A stretch of DNA of 64,000 nucleotides from an uncultured Sphingobacteriaceae bacterium (GCA_964643235.1 CAZXSL010000001.1:209-64208); one strand, 5' to 3'; positions 38,042 to 47,221 are shown, counted from the stretch's first letter. Program-made: numbers and translations. Notes: generated from the letters alone by a model not told the origin.

Positions 38042-40147
38042 TTAAGCCGAGCAGGATACGCACTCTTCGATGGTCGATTTGCGCGTCCGCGTGTAATACA
38101 GGGATTTTAGTCCCATCTTGTGCGCGTAAATATAATATTTCGCCAGGTCGCGCGTGGTATCTTTCGAATTGGTGTGCAGGATCGTAGATACCCCTTGGTC
38201 AATGTGTCGCTGTATGACCGATATCAAGCGAAGCACCTTCATTTGGTCCATGTCATACGCTGACTTGAAGTAGAAATAATTGTCGTTCGTGAGGTAGGGC
38301 ATGGGGTAATAGGTTGTGCTGTCCCCGTATTCGCGCACTTCGATGATGTCGACAATCGGCATAACGGAAGCCGTAGCGTTCATAATGTACGACGTAGACT
38401 GGTTAGGCGCAATCGCTAAGCGGTACGCGTGGTACACCCCGTGCTCGGCTACTTGGGCTTTCAGCTCGGTCCAGTCTTCTTTCGTCGGGATGTGTATGCC
38501 GGCGAAGAGTTCGGCCACTTTAATGGTGGTAGGGTGGTACTCTTTGCTGGTGTACATGTCAAAGTAAGACCCGTCTGCATAAGCGGATTTTTCAAAGCCT
38601 TTAAACGTCTTGCCACGCTCACGCGCTATTTCCATGGAGGCTTGCAGCGAGTAGAAATTCACCATCATGAAAAACACGTTGGCAAAATCCAGTGCTTCCT
38701 CAGATTCGTACATGATAAAATTCTTCGCTAGGAAGCCATGAAGGTTCATCGCGCCTAAGCCTACGCTATGCAGCTCCCGGTTGGCTTTCTGGATGGAGGG
38801 GACCATGGCTATGTCGGTAACGTCTGATACCACGGTCAAGGACCGCATCGCTGTTTTTACCGCTTCTTTTATCCGCTTGTTATCCATCACCGTAGCAATG
38901 TTGAGCGAGCCTAGGTTGCAGGAAATGCCATAACGGATGGTATCTTCCTTACCGTAGATGTTAATGTCGGAAACTTCTGAAATCTGCATGATTTCCGTAC
39001 ACAAGTTAGAAAACTTGATTTTTCCTAACCCGTTCAGCGCGTGATGGCGGTTCGCATTTTCCTTGAAGAAGATGTATGGGTATCCGCTTTCCTTCTGCGT
39101 CTGGGCAATCTTCACTAGCATATGGCGGGCATTGATCTTGCGCTTCTTGATACGCGGGTTTGTTATCAGCTCGTCATACATCTCGTCCATATCGAGTTCG
39201 TCAAGGTACTTGCCGTACTCCTGCATTACCGTATGCGGATGGATTAAGTAACAAGGTTCGTCTTTGGCGGCCAACTCCATAAACTTGTCTGGCACAATGA
39301 TGCCAATCGAAAGCGACTTGATGCGCACTTTTTCGTCTACGTTGATTTTCTTGCAGTCGAGGAATTCTTCGATGTCGGAGTGGAAAATATTGAGGTAGAC
39401 AGCCCCTGCGCCTGGGCGTTGGCCCAACTGGTTGGCGTAGGAGAAGGTGTCTTCCAGAATCTTCATGATGGGCAACACTCCTCCTGCACGGCCTTCGACG
39501 CCTTTGATGGCTTCGCCACGTGCGCGTATCTTCGAGATGTTGAACGATACACCGCCCCCGATGGAGGAGAGCTTCATCGCCGAATCCACGGCATATCCGA
39601 TGCCGTTGAGGTTGTCGCCAATCTCGTCGAGGAAGCAAGAGACCAACTCACCCGAGCGTTTCTTGCCCGCGTTGAGGAAGGTAGGCGTAGCGGGCTGATA
39701 CTCTTGGTTGATCAAGATTTCCGCATATTGCAACGCATGCTCCACGCCATCGTGGCGCCCGAGGAACAGGGCAACGGCCACCACGCGGTCTTCATAGCGC
39801 TCCAAGAATTTTTCGCCACTGTCATCGCGCAGGGCATAGCTCTGGAAGAACTTGAAGGCACTCATGAATGACTGGAACCGGAATTTCTTGCTAATCACGA
39901 AATCGTACACCTGCTCCATCTCTTCGTAAGTATACCACTCGTAGAAGTTAATGTAGTAGTCGTTTTCGATCAAATAGTCAATTTTTTCCTTCAACGTGTA
40001 GAAGAACACCGTGTTCTTGTTGACGTAATTGAGGAAATACGAGCGAACTGCCTCCTTGTCTTTATGCAGGCTGTACTCGTCATCATGTTTGATCATGATC
40101 TCGTTATTGAGCAAAATCCAGTTTTTTGCTACCTCGTTTGTTATCAT
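38042..40147 (-). CDS. nrdE: Class Ib ribonucleoside-diphosphate reductase alpha subunit
   Basis: N-terminus WILLNNEIMI..DKEAVRSYF..NTVFFYTLKEKIDYL, like Bacillus-type NrdE. FSNLCTEI, NLGSLN, C-terminal CVSCSA. Confidence 0.96.
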   Translation of the reverse strand: MITNEVAKNWILLNNEIMIKHDDEYSLHKDKEAVRSYFLNYVNKNTVFFYTLKEKIDYLIENDYYINFYEWYTYEEMEQVYDFVISKKFRFQSFMSAFKFFQSYALRDDSGEKFLERYEDRVVAVALFLGRHDGVEHALQYAEILINQEYQPATPTFLNAGKKRSGELVSCFLDEIGDNLNGIGYAVDSAMKLSSIGGGVSFNISKIRARGEAIKGVEGRAGGVLPIMKILEDTFSYANQLGQRPGAGAVYLNIFHSDIEEFLDCKKINVDEKVRIKSLSIGIIVPDKFMELAAKDEPCYLIHPHTVMQEYGKYLDELDMDEMYDELITNPRIKKRKINARHMLVKIAQTQKESGYPYIFFKENANRHHALNGLGKIKFSNLCTEIMQISEVSDINIYGKEDTIRYGISCNLGSLNIATVMDNKRIKEAVKTAMRSLTVVSDVTDIAMVPSIQKANRELHSVGLGAMNLHGFLAKNFIMYESEEALDFANVFFMMVNFYSLQASMEIARERGKTFKGFEKSAYADGSYFDMYTSKEYHPTTIKVAELFAGIHIPTKEDWTELKAQVAEHGVYHAYRLAIAPNQSTSYIMNATASVMPIVDIIEVREYGDSTTYYPMPYLTNDNYFYFKSAYDMDQMKVLRLISVIQRHIDQGVSTILHTNSKDTTRDLAKYYIYAHKMGLKSLYYTRTRKSTIEECVSCSA

Positions 40148-40514
40148 AATGCTTGTTACTAATAGTGTCTATAAAATGTTTGACATCCTCAGGCGTGCCC
40201 GACAGTTCAAACTTTATGGCGGCTGGTATGCCGTACTTTGTACTAATCTTTTCTAACGCTATGCCGTAGTTCTGGCCCCAATTTCGGTTGCCGCTTGACG
40301 ATACTGATTGAATATATGGGCTTGACTCCTGCAGGAAACGCGTCGTGGTTTCGGGCACATCGCCAAACCGGGTGGTAAATGTTACCAAATGGCCCCGTTC
40401 GCCGATGGGCATGTCGGGATGGATTTTAATCGCTTCCCAACCCGTGGCAGCTACAACCTCCTTGATAAAGCGCTCTGTATTGCCCGTTTTGCTATCGTAA
40501 TAAATCCGCTCCAT
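40104..40514 (-). CDS. nrdI: Class Ib RNR flavodoxin-like assembly protein NrdI
   Basis: IYYDSKTGNTERF..; 136 aa; sits between the nrdH-like gene and nrdE; overlaps the nrdE start by 44 nt. Confidence 0.9.
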   Translation of the reverse strand: MERIYYDSKTGNTERFIKEVVAATGWEAIKIHPDMPIGERGHLVTFTTRFGDVPETTTRFLQESSPYIQSVSSSGNRNWGQNYGIALEKISTKYGIPAAIKFELSGTPEDVKHFIDTISNKHYDNKRGSKKLDFAQ

Positions 40515-40539
40515 ATCCTTTCGGGTTTAAAACCGTTAA

Positions 40540-40776
40540 TTATTGGGCAGTGATTGCGGAAAGTTCCTCTGGCTTGAATCCGATGATGCGTTGTTTTTCC
40601 TGTTCCTGTTCTATGACGATTACGGTAGGGACCGTGCGTACTTTGTATTGGATGGCTAGCTCGGGTTTGTCAAATGGATTGACCGTTTCGTAAATGATTC
40701 CTTTCTGATCCAAAAATTCGGATACCTGATTGCAAGGAGCACAATCGTTTTTTTCGAATTTTATAACTCTTGTCAT
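40540..40776 (-). CDS. nrdH: Glutaredoxin/thioredoxin-like redoxin (NrdH position)
   Basis: 78 aa, CAPC active site, cis-Pro TVPT. First gene of the nrd operon. Confidence 0.72.
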   Translation of the reverse strand: MTRVIKFEKNDCAPCNQVSEFLDQKGIIYETVNPFDKPELAIQYKVRTVPTVIVIEQEQEKQRIIGFKPEELSAITAQ

Positions 40777-40908
40777 GTCTTAAAAAATTAATGTTTACGA
40801 AATGGGTGTTGCTAACTAAAAAAGCCGACATAGAGCCGGGCTGCGTTTAGGGAATTTAATGGCCTCCCTCGATGCTCCAACAAATATCACGGATTTATCT
40901 TCAGAAGC

Positions 40909-40935
40909 CTAACATTTGTTATCAACAGATGTTAG
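40909..40935. promoter_or_regulatory. Second palindrome upstream of nrdH
   Basis: CTAACATtTGTT-atc-AACAgATGTTAG; 11 of 12 arm positions pair. About 133 nt upstream of the nrdH start. Confidence 0.3.
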
Positions 40936-40999
40936 CTTTTCAACAAACCGCCATGTTTATTAGGTGGGTATTTGTGTTAGTTGGCTGTCTGTTAGGGTT

Positions 41000-41028
41000 T
41001 TGTGATGATTGTCAGGCAATTATCACAA
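41000..41028. promoter_or_regulatory. Inverted repeat (candidate operator) in the nrdH / GT2 divergent region
   Basis: TTGTGATGATTG-tcagg-CAATTATCACAA; 11 of 12 arm positions are complementary. Contains GATAAT / ATCATC hexamers reminiscent of Fur-box half sites. Confidence 0.35.
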
Positions 41029-41196
41029 CCGGGTGGGACAGGATTATGACGCCTCGGCGGGAAACGTGGGCCGAGAATTTTGCTGTCAGATTTCGCTGCG
41101 CGTGGCGAACATACGAAGCGTGTCCCTTTCGCCCAAATCAAGGGTCAATTTTTTTCGAATTCCACATGTGGCGATTGCTTAATTCCCAGAAAAAGC

Positions 41197-41204
41197 TAGC
41201 TTTG
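41197..41204 (+). promoter_or_regulatory. Candidate -7 box for the GT2 gene at 41258
   Basis: TAGCTTTG, 53 nt upstream of ATG 41258. This argues against the GTG 41204 start. Confidence 0.4.
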
Positions 41205-41257
41205 TGACGAATGCCACGGACACATCAACCGAATGCATCCTATACCGCGAATCGACT

Positions 41258-42187
41258 ATGGCTTCAACGCGCAAAGTTTCCATCATCACGATCAATTACA
41301 AGCAGGCTGCGGTGACCCGCGACTTGTTGCGTTCGGTAGCTCAGCACGTGGATGAAGAGGACGTGGAAGTGGTGCTTATCGACAATGGAAGTGCAACAGA
41401 TCAGGAGGCTTTCTTTCGGGAAGTTTACCCGGGCGTCAAATACATACGATCGGAACGCAATCTGGGATTTGCGGGCGCCAATAACCTCGGAATAGCTCAG
41501 GCCGAAGGTGAGTACCTGTTATTTCTTAACAACGATACCGAAATCACCGCAGGCTACGTTAGAGCCATGCGTCTGGAGTTGGAAGCTCACCCCAATATCG
41601 GTTTGCTGTCTTCCCTGATCCTCTATTTTGAGGATAAATCCAGGATTCAATACGCAGGATATACGCCGATGAACTATTACACCGCACGTAATCGGGGCAT
41701 CGGCGCCATGGAACGAGACGAGGGTCAGTACAATCATACCACATGCGTGACGGGCTACGCCCACGGGGCGGCGATGATGTGCCGCCGAGTGGATTTGGCT
41801 CGGGTGGGGCTGATGCCGGTCCAGTATTTTCTGTATTACGAAGAACTCGATTGGTGCGAGCAATTTAGGCGCGCAGGGCTGAAATGTGGCTTCACCGGAA
41901 AAGCTAAAATCTATCACAAGGAATCAATCAGCGTGGGCAAGGAAAGCCCCCTCAAGGCGTATTTTATGGCCCGAAACCGGTGGTTGTTCATCCGTCGGAA
42001 TGCGAGCAGGGGACAGGCCTTGGTTTTTGCCTGTTATAACCTCTTGGTAGCTACGCCGGTGTCGATGGGGCGGAGTCTCTTGCGTAATCGAATTGACCTC
42101 GTGCGCGCCACTTGGCGGGGTACGTGGTGGAACTTGACCAATTCGCCGACCAGCACGACGCTCGGCGTAGAGATCGCTGATCGATAG
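41258..42187 (+). CDS. Glycosyltransferase family 2
   Basis: VSIITINYKQ..VVLIDNGS..NLGFAGANN..LFLNNDTEI..EELDWC. ATG 41258. Confidence 0.85.
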   Translation: MASTRKVSIITINYKQAAVTRDLLRSVAQHVDEEDVEVVLIDNGSATDQEAFFREVYPGVKYIRSERNLGFAGANNLGIAQAEGEYLLFLNNDTEITAGYVRAMRLELEAHPNIGLLSSLILYFEDKSRIQYAGYTPMNYYTARNRGIGAMERDEGQYNHTTCVTGYAHGAAMMCRRVDLARVGLMPVQYFLYYEELDWCEQFRRAGLKCGFTGKAKIYHKESISVGKESPLKAYFMARNRWLFIRRNASRGQALVFACYNLLVATPVSMGRSLLRNRIDLVRATWRGTWWNLTNSPTSTTLGVEIADR

Positions 42188-42268
42188 CAGCCACATCATT
42201 CTTCCGGCCCGCACTAAGGGCGGACGATACCGCCAAAATAGACGTATACCAGTCCCCGCCGTTTTCGC

Positions 42269-42276
42269 TATCTTTG
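42269..42276 (+). promoter_or_regulatory. Candidate -7 box for the DEAD-box helicase (leaderless geometry)
   Basis: TATCTTTG followed by 4 nt and ATG 42281. Confidence 0.4.
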
Positions 42277-42280
42277 TCGG

Positions 42281-43612
42281 ATGCAGCATCCCAGCTTCGA
42301 CGACTTTAAGTTTAATAAACAGATACGCACCGCCATCTCAGAGGCAGGCTATACTGAGCCTACGCCCATTCAGGTAAAGGCTATTCCGCCGATCCTTGCA
42401 GGCCAAGATGTGATGGGGATCGCACAGACCGGTACGGGGAAGACCGCGGCCTTCGTGCTACCGATCCTGATGAAGCTTAGGTATGCCCAAGGAATGGACG
42501 CGCGGGCACTCATCCTGTCGCCTACACGCGAACTGGCCATGCAAATCGAAGAAAATATTCGCCAGCTAGCCACGTATACTGATCTCCGTACGGTCGTATT
42601 ATATGGCGGTCTTGGCCCCAAGACCCAGAAGGAAGCGCTCGAAAAGGGCGTGGATATTATCGTGGCTACACCTGGCCGGTTTCTGGATCTATACCTCGAC
42701 CAGTGCATCGTTACCAAACACCTGCAAGTGCTCGTGATGGACGAGGCGGACAAAATGATGGACATGGGCTTTATCGGCAAACTACACCGCATTTTGGAAG
42801 TCGTTCCCCGCAAGCGCCAAAACCTGCTTTTTTCTGCTACGATGGGTGAATTGGTGCATAAAATCGCGGGCGATTTCCTGGAGTTTCCGACCGTGGTGGA
42901 AGTGACAGCCCAAGCCACGCCCGCGCAGACTGTGCGCCAATCCCTATACCACGTGCCTAATCTTAAGACGAAGATAAACCTGCTAAGGCATTTGTTGGAG
43001 GACGATGAGGCATTCCATCGCTTGATCGTGTTTTGCAAAACAAGGGTGGTGGCCGACAATGTTTTTAACTTTTTGGAGCGCCGCTACGGGGCTGATGAGG
43101 TGCGGGTTATCCATGCCAATAAAGGACAGAATACCCGAATCAATTCAATCAACGCTTTCAAAGAGGGGAGCATCCGTATCTTGGTGGCAACGGATGTGGC
43201 CGCCCGCGGTTTGGACGTGAGCAACGTCAGCCACGTGATTAATTTTGACGTACCCATCGTGATCGAAGATTACGTGCATCGCATAGGGCGTACGGGACGG
43301 GCGTCCAATACGGGTGATGCCATCACGTTTTGTAATCCTGCGGAGGAGTACTATGTCCGAAAGATCGAAAAGCTGATTCGCCAGTCTATCCCCGTGGCGC
43401 CTATCCCAGAGGAAGTCTTCATTGAGGAAACGGGATTTGACGAGCGGCAAGAGATTGCGCGGCAAATCGACGGGCAAAAACGTAAAGAAAATCCGGACTT
43501 CAAAGGGGCTTTCCACGACAAGAAAAATAGCAACTTGAAGACGAGTAAGCCGAAACGGAAATCGGCTCCTTGGGCGGGTCGGACGAGCAAGGCTTCAAAA
43601 AGGAAGCGATGA
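42281..43612 (+). CDS. DEAD-box ATP-dependent RNA helicase (RhlE-like)
   Basis: Q-motif (F..F.F....TPIQ), AQTGTGKT, PTRELA, DEAD, SAT, HRIGRTGR, basic C-terminal tail. Confidence 0.93.
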   Translation: MQHPSFDDFKFNKQIRTAISEAGYTEPTPIQVKAIPPILAGQDVMGIAQTGTGKTAAFVLPILMKLRYAQGMDARALILSPTRELAMQIEENIRQLATYTDLRTVVLYGGLGPKTQKEALEKGVDIIVATPGRFLDLYLDQCIVTKHLQVLVMDEADKMMDMGFIGKLHRILEVVPRKRQNLLFSATMGELVHKIAGDFLEFPTVVEVTAQATPAQTVRQSLYHVPNLKTKINLLRHLLEDDEAFHRLIVFCKTRVVADNVFNFLERRYGADEVRVIHANKGQNTRINSINAFKEGSIRILVATDVAARGLDVSNVSHVINFDVPIVIEDYVHRIGRTGRASNTGDAITFCNPAEEYYVRKIEKLIRQSIPVAPIPEEVFIEETGFDERQEIARQIDGQKRKENPDFKGAFHDKKNSNLKTSKPKRKSAPWAGRTSKASKRKR

Positions 43613-43857
43613 GCAAATTTCGCATTACTCCCTTGAACTTCGTGTCCGCGGGGCTGCTTACTTGGTTGCTCTGGCGTATTTTGGCCGACGACTATACGCT
43701 AGGCTGGGTGGGTCTGATGCTCCTGCTCGTCGTAGCCGTCGTGATCGCCGACCAGTTTTTTCGGATTATGCTCAAGACACTGGGGCGTGTGTGGCTAATC
43801 GAGGGTTTTTTCGTAATATTGGTGTGCATCGTTCTATGGATTATCCGAGTGTGGTAG
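43609..43857 (+). CDS. Small hypothetical membrane protein
   Basis: ATG overlaps the helicase stop (ATGA); three predicted TM segments; 82 aa. Confidence 0.45.
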   Translation: MSKFRITPLNFVSAGLLTWLLWRILADDYTLGWVGLMLLLVVAVVIADQFFRIMLKTLGRVWLIEGFFVILVCIVLWIIRVW

Positions 43858-43891
43858 GCGAGCAACGAATTTCTACAAGCAAAGCAAGAAA

Positions 43892-44239
43892 ATGAAGAAA
43901 GCTGAAATAAAACTCACCGTCGAATTGGACGGCAACAATGTCCCTGACAAGATTACGTGGGAGTCTTCTGACGGTGAAAGCCAGGAAGCCCTGCCCGCCA
44001 AAGCCATGTTTTTGGCGCTTTGGGATCATCAGTACAAAAACTCCATGCGTATTGATCTATGGACGAAAGACATGCCTCTGGATGAAATGAAACGTTTTTT
44101 CTACGAAACCCTGCAAACCCTGGGCGACAGCTTTGTCCGTGCGGCGGGGGACGACCCGATAGCCACGGCGGTCATAGGCGATTTGCGCGACTATTGCGCG
44201 CATTTTGCCGAAAAAATGGACATCCTGCAAAAGCAATAG
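43892..44239 (+). CDS. gldC: Gliding motility protein GldC
   Basis: EIKLTVELDGNNVPDKITW..RIDLWTKDMPLDEMKRFFYETL matches my recollection of the Flavobacterium GldC family. Confidence 0.75.
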   Translation: MKKAEIKLTVELDGNNVPDKITWESSDGESQEALPAKAMFLALWDHQYKNSMRIDLWTKDMPLDEMKRFFYETLQTLGDSFVRAAGDDPIATAVIGDLRDYCAHFAEKMDILQKQ

Positions 44240-44306
44240 CAAACGATTTCGCTTGCGATAGACAGATTCACGTTAATTCATCAACACGCATATTCATCGC
44301 TGCCAA

Positions 44307-44714
44307 ATGAACTACTTTTTAGTTAAGTCCGAGCCATTCAAGTACAGCTGGACACAGTTTAACGAGGACAAACAGACTTTCTGGGATGGCGTGCGCAACT
44401 ACCAGGCGCGCAACAACCTCAAGGCAATGAAAAAGGGCGATCTCGTCCTGTTTTACCACAGTAACGAAGGGAAAGAAGTGGTGGGTATCGCCAAGGTGGT
44501 CAAGGAGTACTACCAGGATCCCACGACAGACGACGAACGCTGGGTTGTCGTGGATTTGGTGCCCGTCGAGACACTCAGAACACCCGTTACGCTCGAGACG
44601 ATCAAGCAAGACGAACTATTGCAGGACATGGCATTGGTGCGGCAAGGGCGCTTATCCGTGATGCCGCTAAAGAAAGAAGAATTCGACCGGATTGTGCAAC
44701 TGGGTAGCGAATAA
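44307..44714 (+). CDS. EVE (PUA-like) domain protein
   Basis: YFLVKSEP..YSW..F.....WDGVRNYQARNNLK.MKKGDLVLFYHS. Confidence 0.85.
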   Translation: MNYFLVKSEPFKYSWTQFNEDKQTFWDGVRNYQARNNLKAMKKGDLVLFYHSNEGKEVVGIAKVVKEYYQDPTTDDERWVVVDLVPVETLRTPVTLETIKQDELLQDMALVRQGRLSVMPLKKEEFDRIVQLGSE

Positions 44715-44721
44715 CGAAGGT

Positions 44722-45243
44722 TTACTTAACCACTTCCCGGAAAAGGTTTTGGATTTCCGTGGCGTCTTTGGGTTTCAATTTACCGGCTAGTACCAGCCGC
44801 AGTTCGCGCCGTTGCAGCGCGCCTTCGTACAGTCTTTTTTCTTCCTCCGTTTCGGGTTCGAGTTGGGGTACCTGTATGGTCCGGCCGTTCTGGTCGATTG
44901 CCACAAAGGTATAAAAGGCCTCGTTGGAACGAACCTTAGTGCCAGACGGAATATTTTGCGCCCACACGACAAGCTGCACTTCCACGGAGGTGTTAAACGC
45001 ACGGGTTACTTTCGCCTCAATACTGATTACGTCGCCCAGTTTGACGGGGTGTTTAAAAGATACGTTGTCTACCGATGCCGTCACGACGATTCGGTTGCAA
45101 TGTTTCTGCGCAGATATTGCTGCGGCAATATCCATCCAATGGAGGAGTCGTCCGCCCATTAGGTTATTCAACGTGTTGGTGTCGTTGGGTAACACCAGCT
45201 CGTTCATGATCGTGTATGATTCTTGGGCTTTCTTTGCTTTCAT
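44722..45243 (-). CDS. Acyl-CoA thioesterase (hotdog fold)
   Basis: VLPNDTNTLNNLMGGRLLHWMDIAAAISA..VTASVD.V.F..PV..GD. Confidence 0.85.
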   Translation of the reverse strand: MKAKKAQESYTIMNELVLPNDTNTLNNLMGGRLLHWMDIAAAISAQKHCNRIVVTASVDNVSFKHPVKLGDVISIEAKVTRAFNTSVEVQLVVWAQNIPSGTKVRSNEAFYTFVAIDQNGRTIQVPQLEPETEEEKRLYEGALQRRELRLVLAGKLKPKDATEIQNLFREVVK

Positions 45244-45275
45244 GGTTCATTTGCACTACGTGAAACACCTCGACA

Positions 45276-46196
45276 CTAGAGTCGTTTTAGCTGTTCGTCT
45301 ACGATGGCCAGTCCTTCGCGAAAACTTCTGGGCTCGTAGCCCAACACCGCGCGGGCTTTGTCCAATACAAATCCGGTGCGCTTAGGCCGAGGCGCCGCCG
45401 TGGCGAAGGTGTCCGCACTCACTTCGTTGATGAGGGATTTGTCTAGCCCCCAGAAATCGGCTACCGCTTCTACCAATTCGTTGATGGCAAACATATCTTT
45501 ACCGGAGATGTGGAAGATGCCCTCCGCTTCTTGGGTGGCGGTCAGCAAGCATGCTTCGGCAAGGTCTTCGGCCAAAGTAGGCATGCGCCACTGGTCATTG
45601 ACGATATTGAGCGGATTGCCTGTTTCCAATGCTTTTTTTGCCCATAGAACGATGTTGCTCCGGCTCATGTCCGCCGTTACGCCATACACGATGATGGTCC
45701 GCAGGATGGCCCATTTGCAGGTCGATTGCCGTACCACGTTTTCCGAGTCCAACTTACTTTGGCCATACAGACTGAGCGGGTTGGGCACATCATCTTCCTT
45801 GTAGGGACCTTGCTCGCCGTCAAAGACGAAGTCGGTTGATAGATGTATGAAATGGATGCCGTATTGTTCGCTCAGGTCCACCAGTGTCTGCACTACCTCG
45901 ACATTCAGCGCGTGGCAACCCTCAGGGTCGGTCTCACATGCGTCTACATTGGTCATGGCGGCGGTATGGATGATCGTGTCCGGACGATGGTGGGCGATGA
46001 CGTGCGCCACGCGCGCCTTGTCTAGCAAATCGACATCTTCGTAGGTATAACCGGATTGCAGGGGATGGCGATTAGCCCCGCGGGAGGAGGCTATCAGATC
46101 AACGCGCCGGTCGCCCAGAACGAGATCGGTGATTTTTTGCCCCAGTAGCCCATTGCTACCGGTGACCAAGACTTTCTTTTTCGTAGTGTGTGACAT
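45276..46196 (-). CDS. SDR-family NAD(P)-dependent oxidoreductase, dTDP-4-dehydrorhamnose reductase (RmlD)-like
   Basis: VLVTGSNGLLG, HTAAMTNVD.CE, STDFVFDG..GPY.E.D...P...YG.SK. Confidence 0.8.
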   Translation of the reverse strand: MSHTTKKKVLVTGSNGLLGQKITDLVLGDRRVDLIASSRGANRHPLQSGYTYEDVDLLDKARVAHVIAHHRPDTIIHTAAMTNVDACETDPEGCHALNVEVVQTLVDLSEQYGIHFIHLSTDFVFDGEQGPYKEDDVPNPLSLYGQSKLDSENVVRQSTCKWAILRTIIVYGVTADMSRSNIVLWAKKALETGNPLNIVNDQWRMPTLAEDLAEACLLTATQEAEGIFHISGKDMFAINELVEAVADFWGLDKSLINEVSADTFATAAPRPKRTGFVLDKARAVLGYEPRSFREGLAIVDEQLKRL

Positions 46197-46207
46197 ACGC
46201 TTAAGTG

Positions 46208-47221
46208 CTAATGCGTGGGGGTGAAGACCAGTTTCGATTCTTCCATGGCCGATTTGACTACGTCAATGGCTATGTCAATGATGGCTACTGTAGCGGGATA
46301 ATTGATCTTGTCTGGGGTATCGCCTGGCCGATGGTATTCGGGATGGCCTCCCGTATGGAAAAACAACACGGGGATATCCTTTCGGTAGAAAGACGTCTGG
46401 TCGGATCCGCCGCTGCCGTCATGTCCGCGATGGATGCGCAAGCCGCGCGAGTCGACACGGTCGAATATGCTGGGCCACGAAGGACTCGTGCCATACCCGA
46501 TGACGGCCAATTGCTGGTCATAGCGGCCGATCATATCAAAGTTGAGCATGAAGTGCAGGTCTTGCAATGGCAGGGTCGGTTCCTCTACGAAGTGCCGAGA
46601 GCCGAGCAGACCTAGTTCCTCCGCCGAAAAAGCGATAAAAAGAATATTGTAGGGTTCAGTTTCGTCGTTCTGTGCAAAATGGCGAGCCATCTCGAGCAAA
46701 CCGGCCACCCCCGAGGCATTGTCGTCTGCTCCTTGGTGTATCTTACCGTGGGCGAGACTGTTTAACGAGCCTCCCTGCGTACCCATCCCGAGGTGGTCGT
46801 AGTGTGCGCCTACCACAATCGTATGATCGGCACCGTTATTCAGGAAGCCGATGATGTTATGCGCTTGGCGTATACTGTCGTCAACCACTACCCGACGTAC
46901 TCTTGCGGTGAATGTTTGACGGTAATCTTCCGTGCCCAGCGGCTCGAGGCCGAATTTTTTGAAATGCTTTTGGATGTAGCGCGCGGCTTTATCCAGTTCC
47001 TTGCTGCCGGTGCCGCGACCTTTCATTTTATCGGCGGCGAGCTTATGGATATGTTTGCTTACTTGGCGTTCCTGGGTGTATTGGCCCGACACAGGGCCTG
47101 CAATCGCCAGCATCACGAATAACATTAAGACCCAGCGGGGCAAGAAACTTGGAAAGCATGCTTTATTTTTCATTTGAGCCATTTGGTGGGTGGCAAAGTT
47201 ACGTAATTGTGTTGAATCCAT
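46208..47221 (-). CDS. M28-family metallopeptidase
   Basis: Signal/TM, then NIIGF..VVGAHYDHLG..GADDNASGVA..FSAEELGLLGS..MLNFDMIG. Start may be 47182 or 47173. Confidence 0.82.
   Translation of the reverse strand: MDSTQLRNFATHQMAQMKNKACFPSFLPRWVLMLFVMLAIAGPVSGQYTQERQVSKHIHKLAADKMKGRGTGSKELDKAARYIQKHFKKFGLEPLGTEDYRQTFTARVRRVVVDDSIRQAHNIIGFLNNGADHTIVVGAHYDHLGMGTQGGSLNSLAHGKIHQGADDNASGVAGLLEMARHFAQNDETEPYNILFIAFSAEELGLLGSRHFVEEPTLPLQDLHFMLNFDMIGRYDQQLAVIGYGTSPSWPSIFDRVDSRGLRIHRGHDGSGGSDQTSFYRKDIPVLFFHTGGHPEYHRPGDTPDKINYPATVAIIDIAIDVVKSAMEESKLVFTPTH

Noticed and set aside
40777-41200. Possible cobalamin riboswitch or NrdR boxes in the nrdH leader (common for alternative RNR operons).
   Set aside because: Reading the minus strand, I found no B12 box (AGYCMGGnGACCkGCC-like), no GCCACTG element and no tandem 16-bp NrdR-type palindromes. 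A covariance-model scan would be needed to exclude these fully.
40872-41207. 111-aa ORF filling the nrdH / GT2 intergenic region.
   Set aside because: No family features and Cys/Trp/Phe-rich odd composition. It contains both palindromes and runs into the TAGCTTTG promoter box. Better explained as non-coding regulatory DNA.
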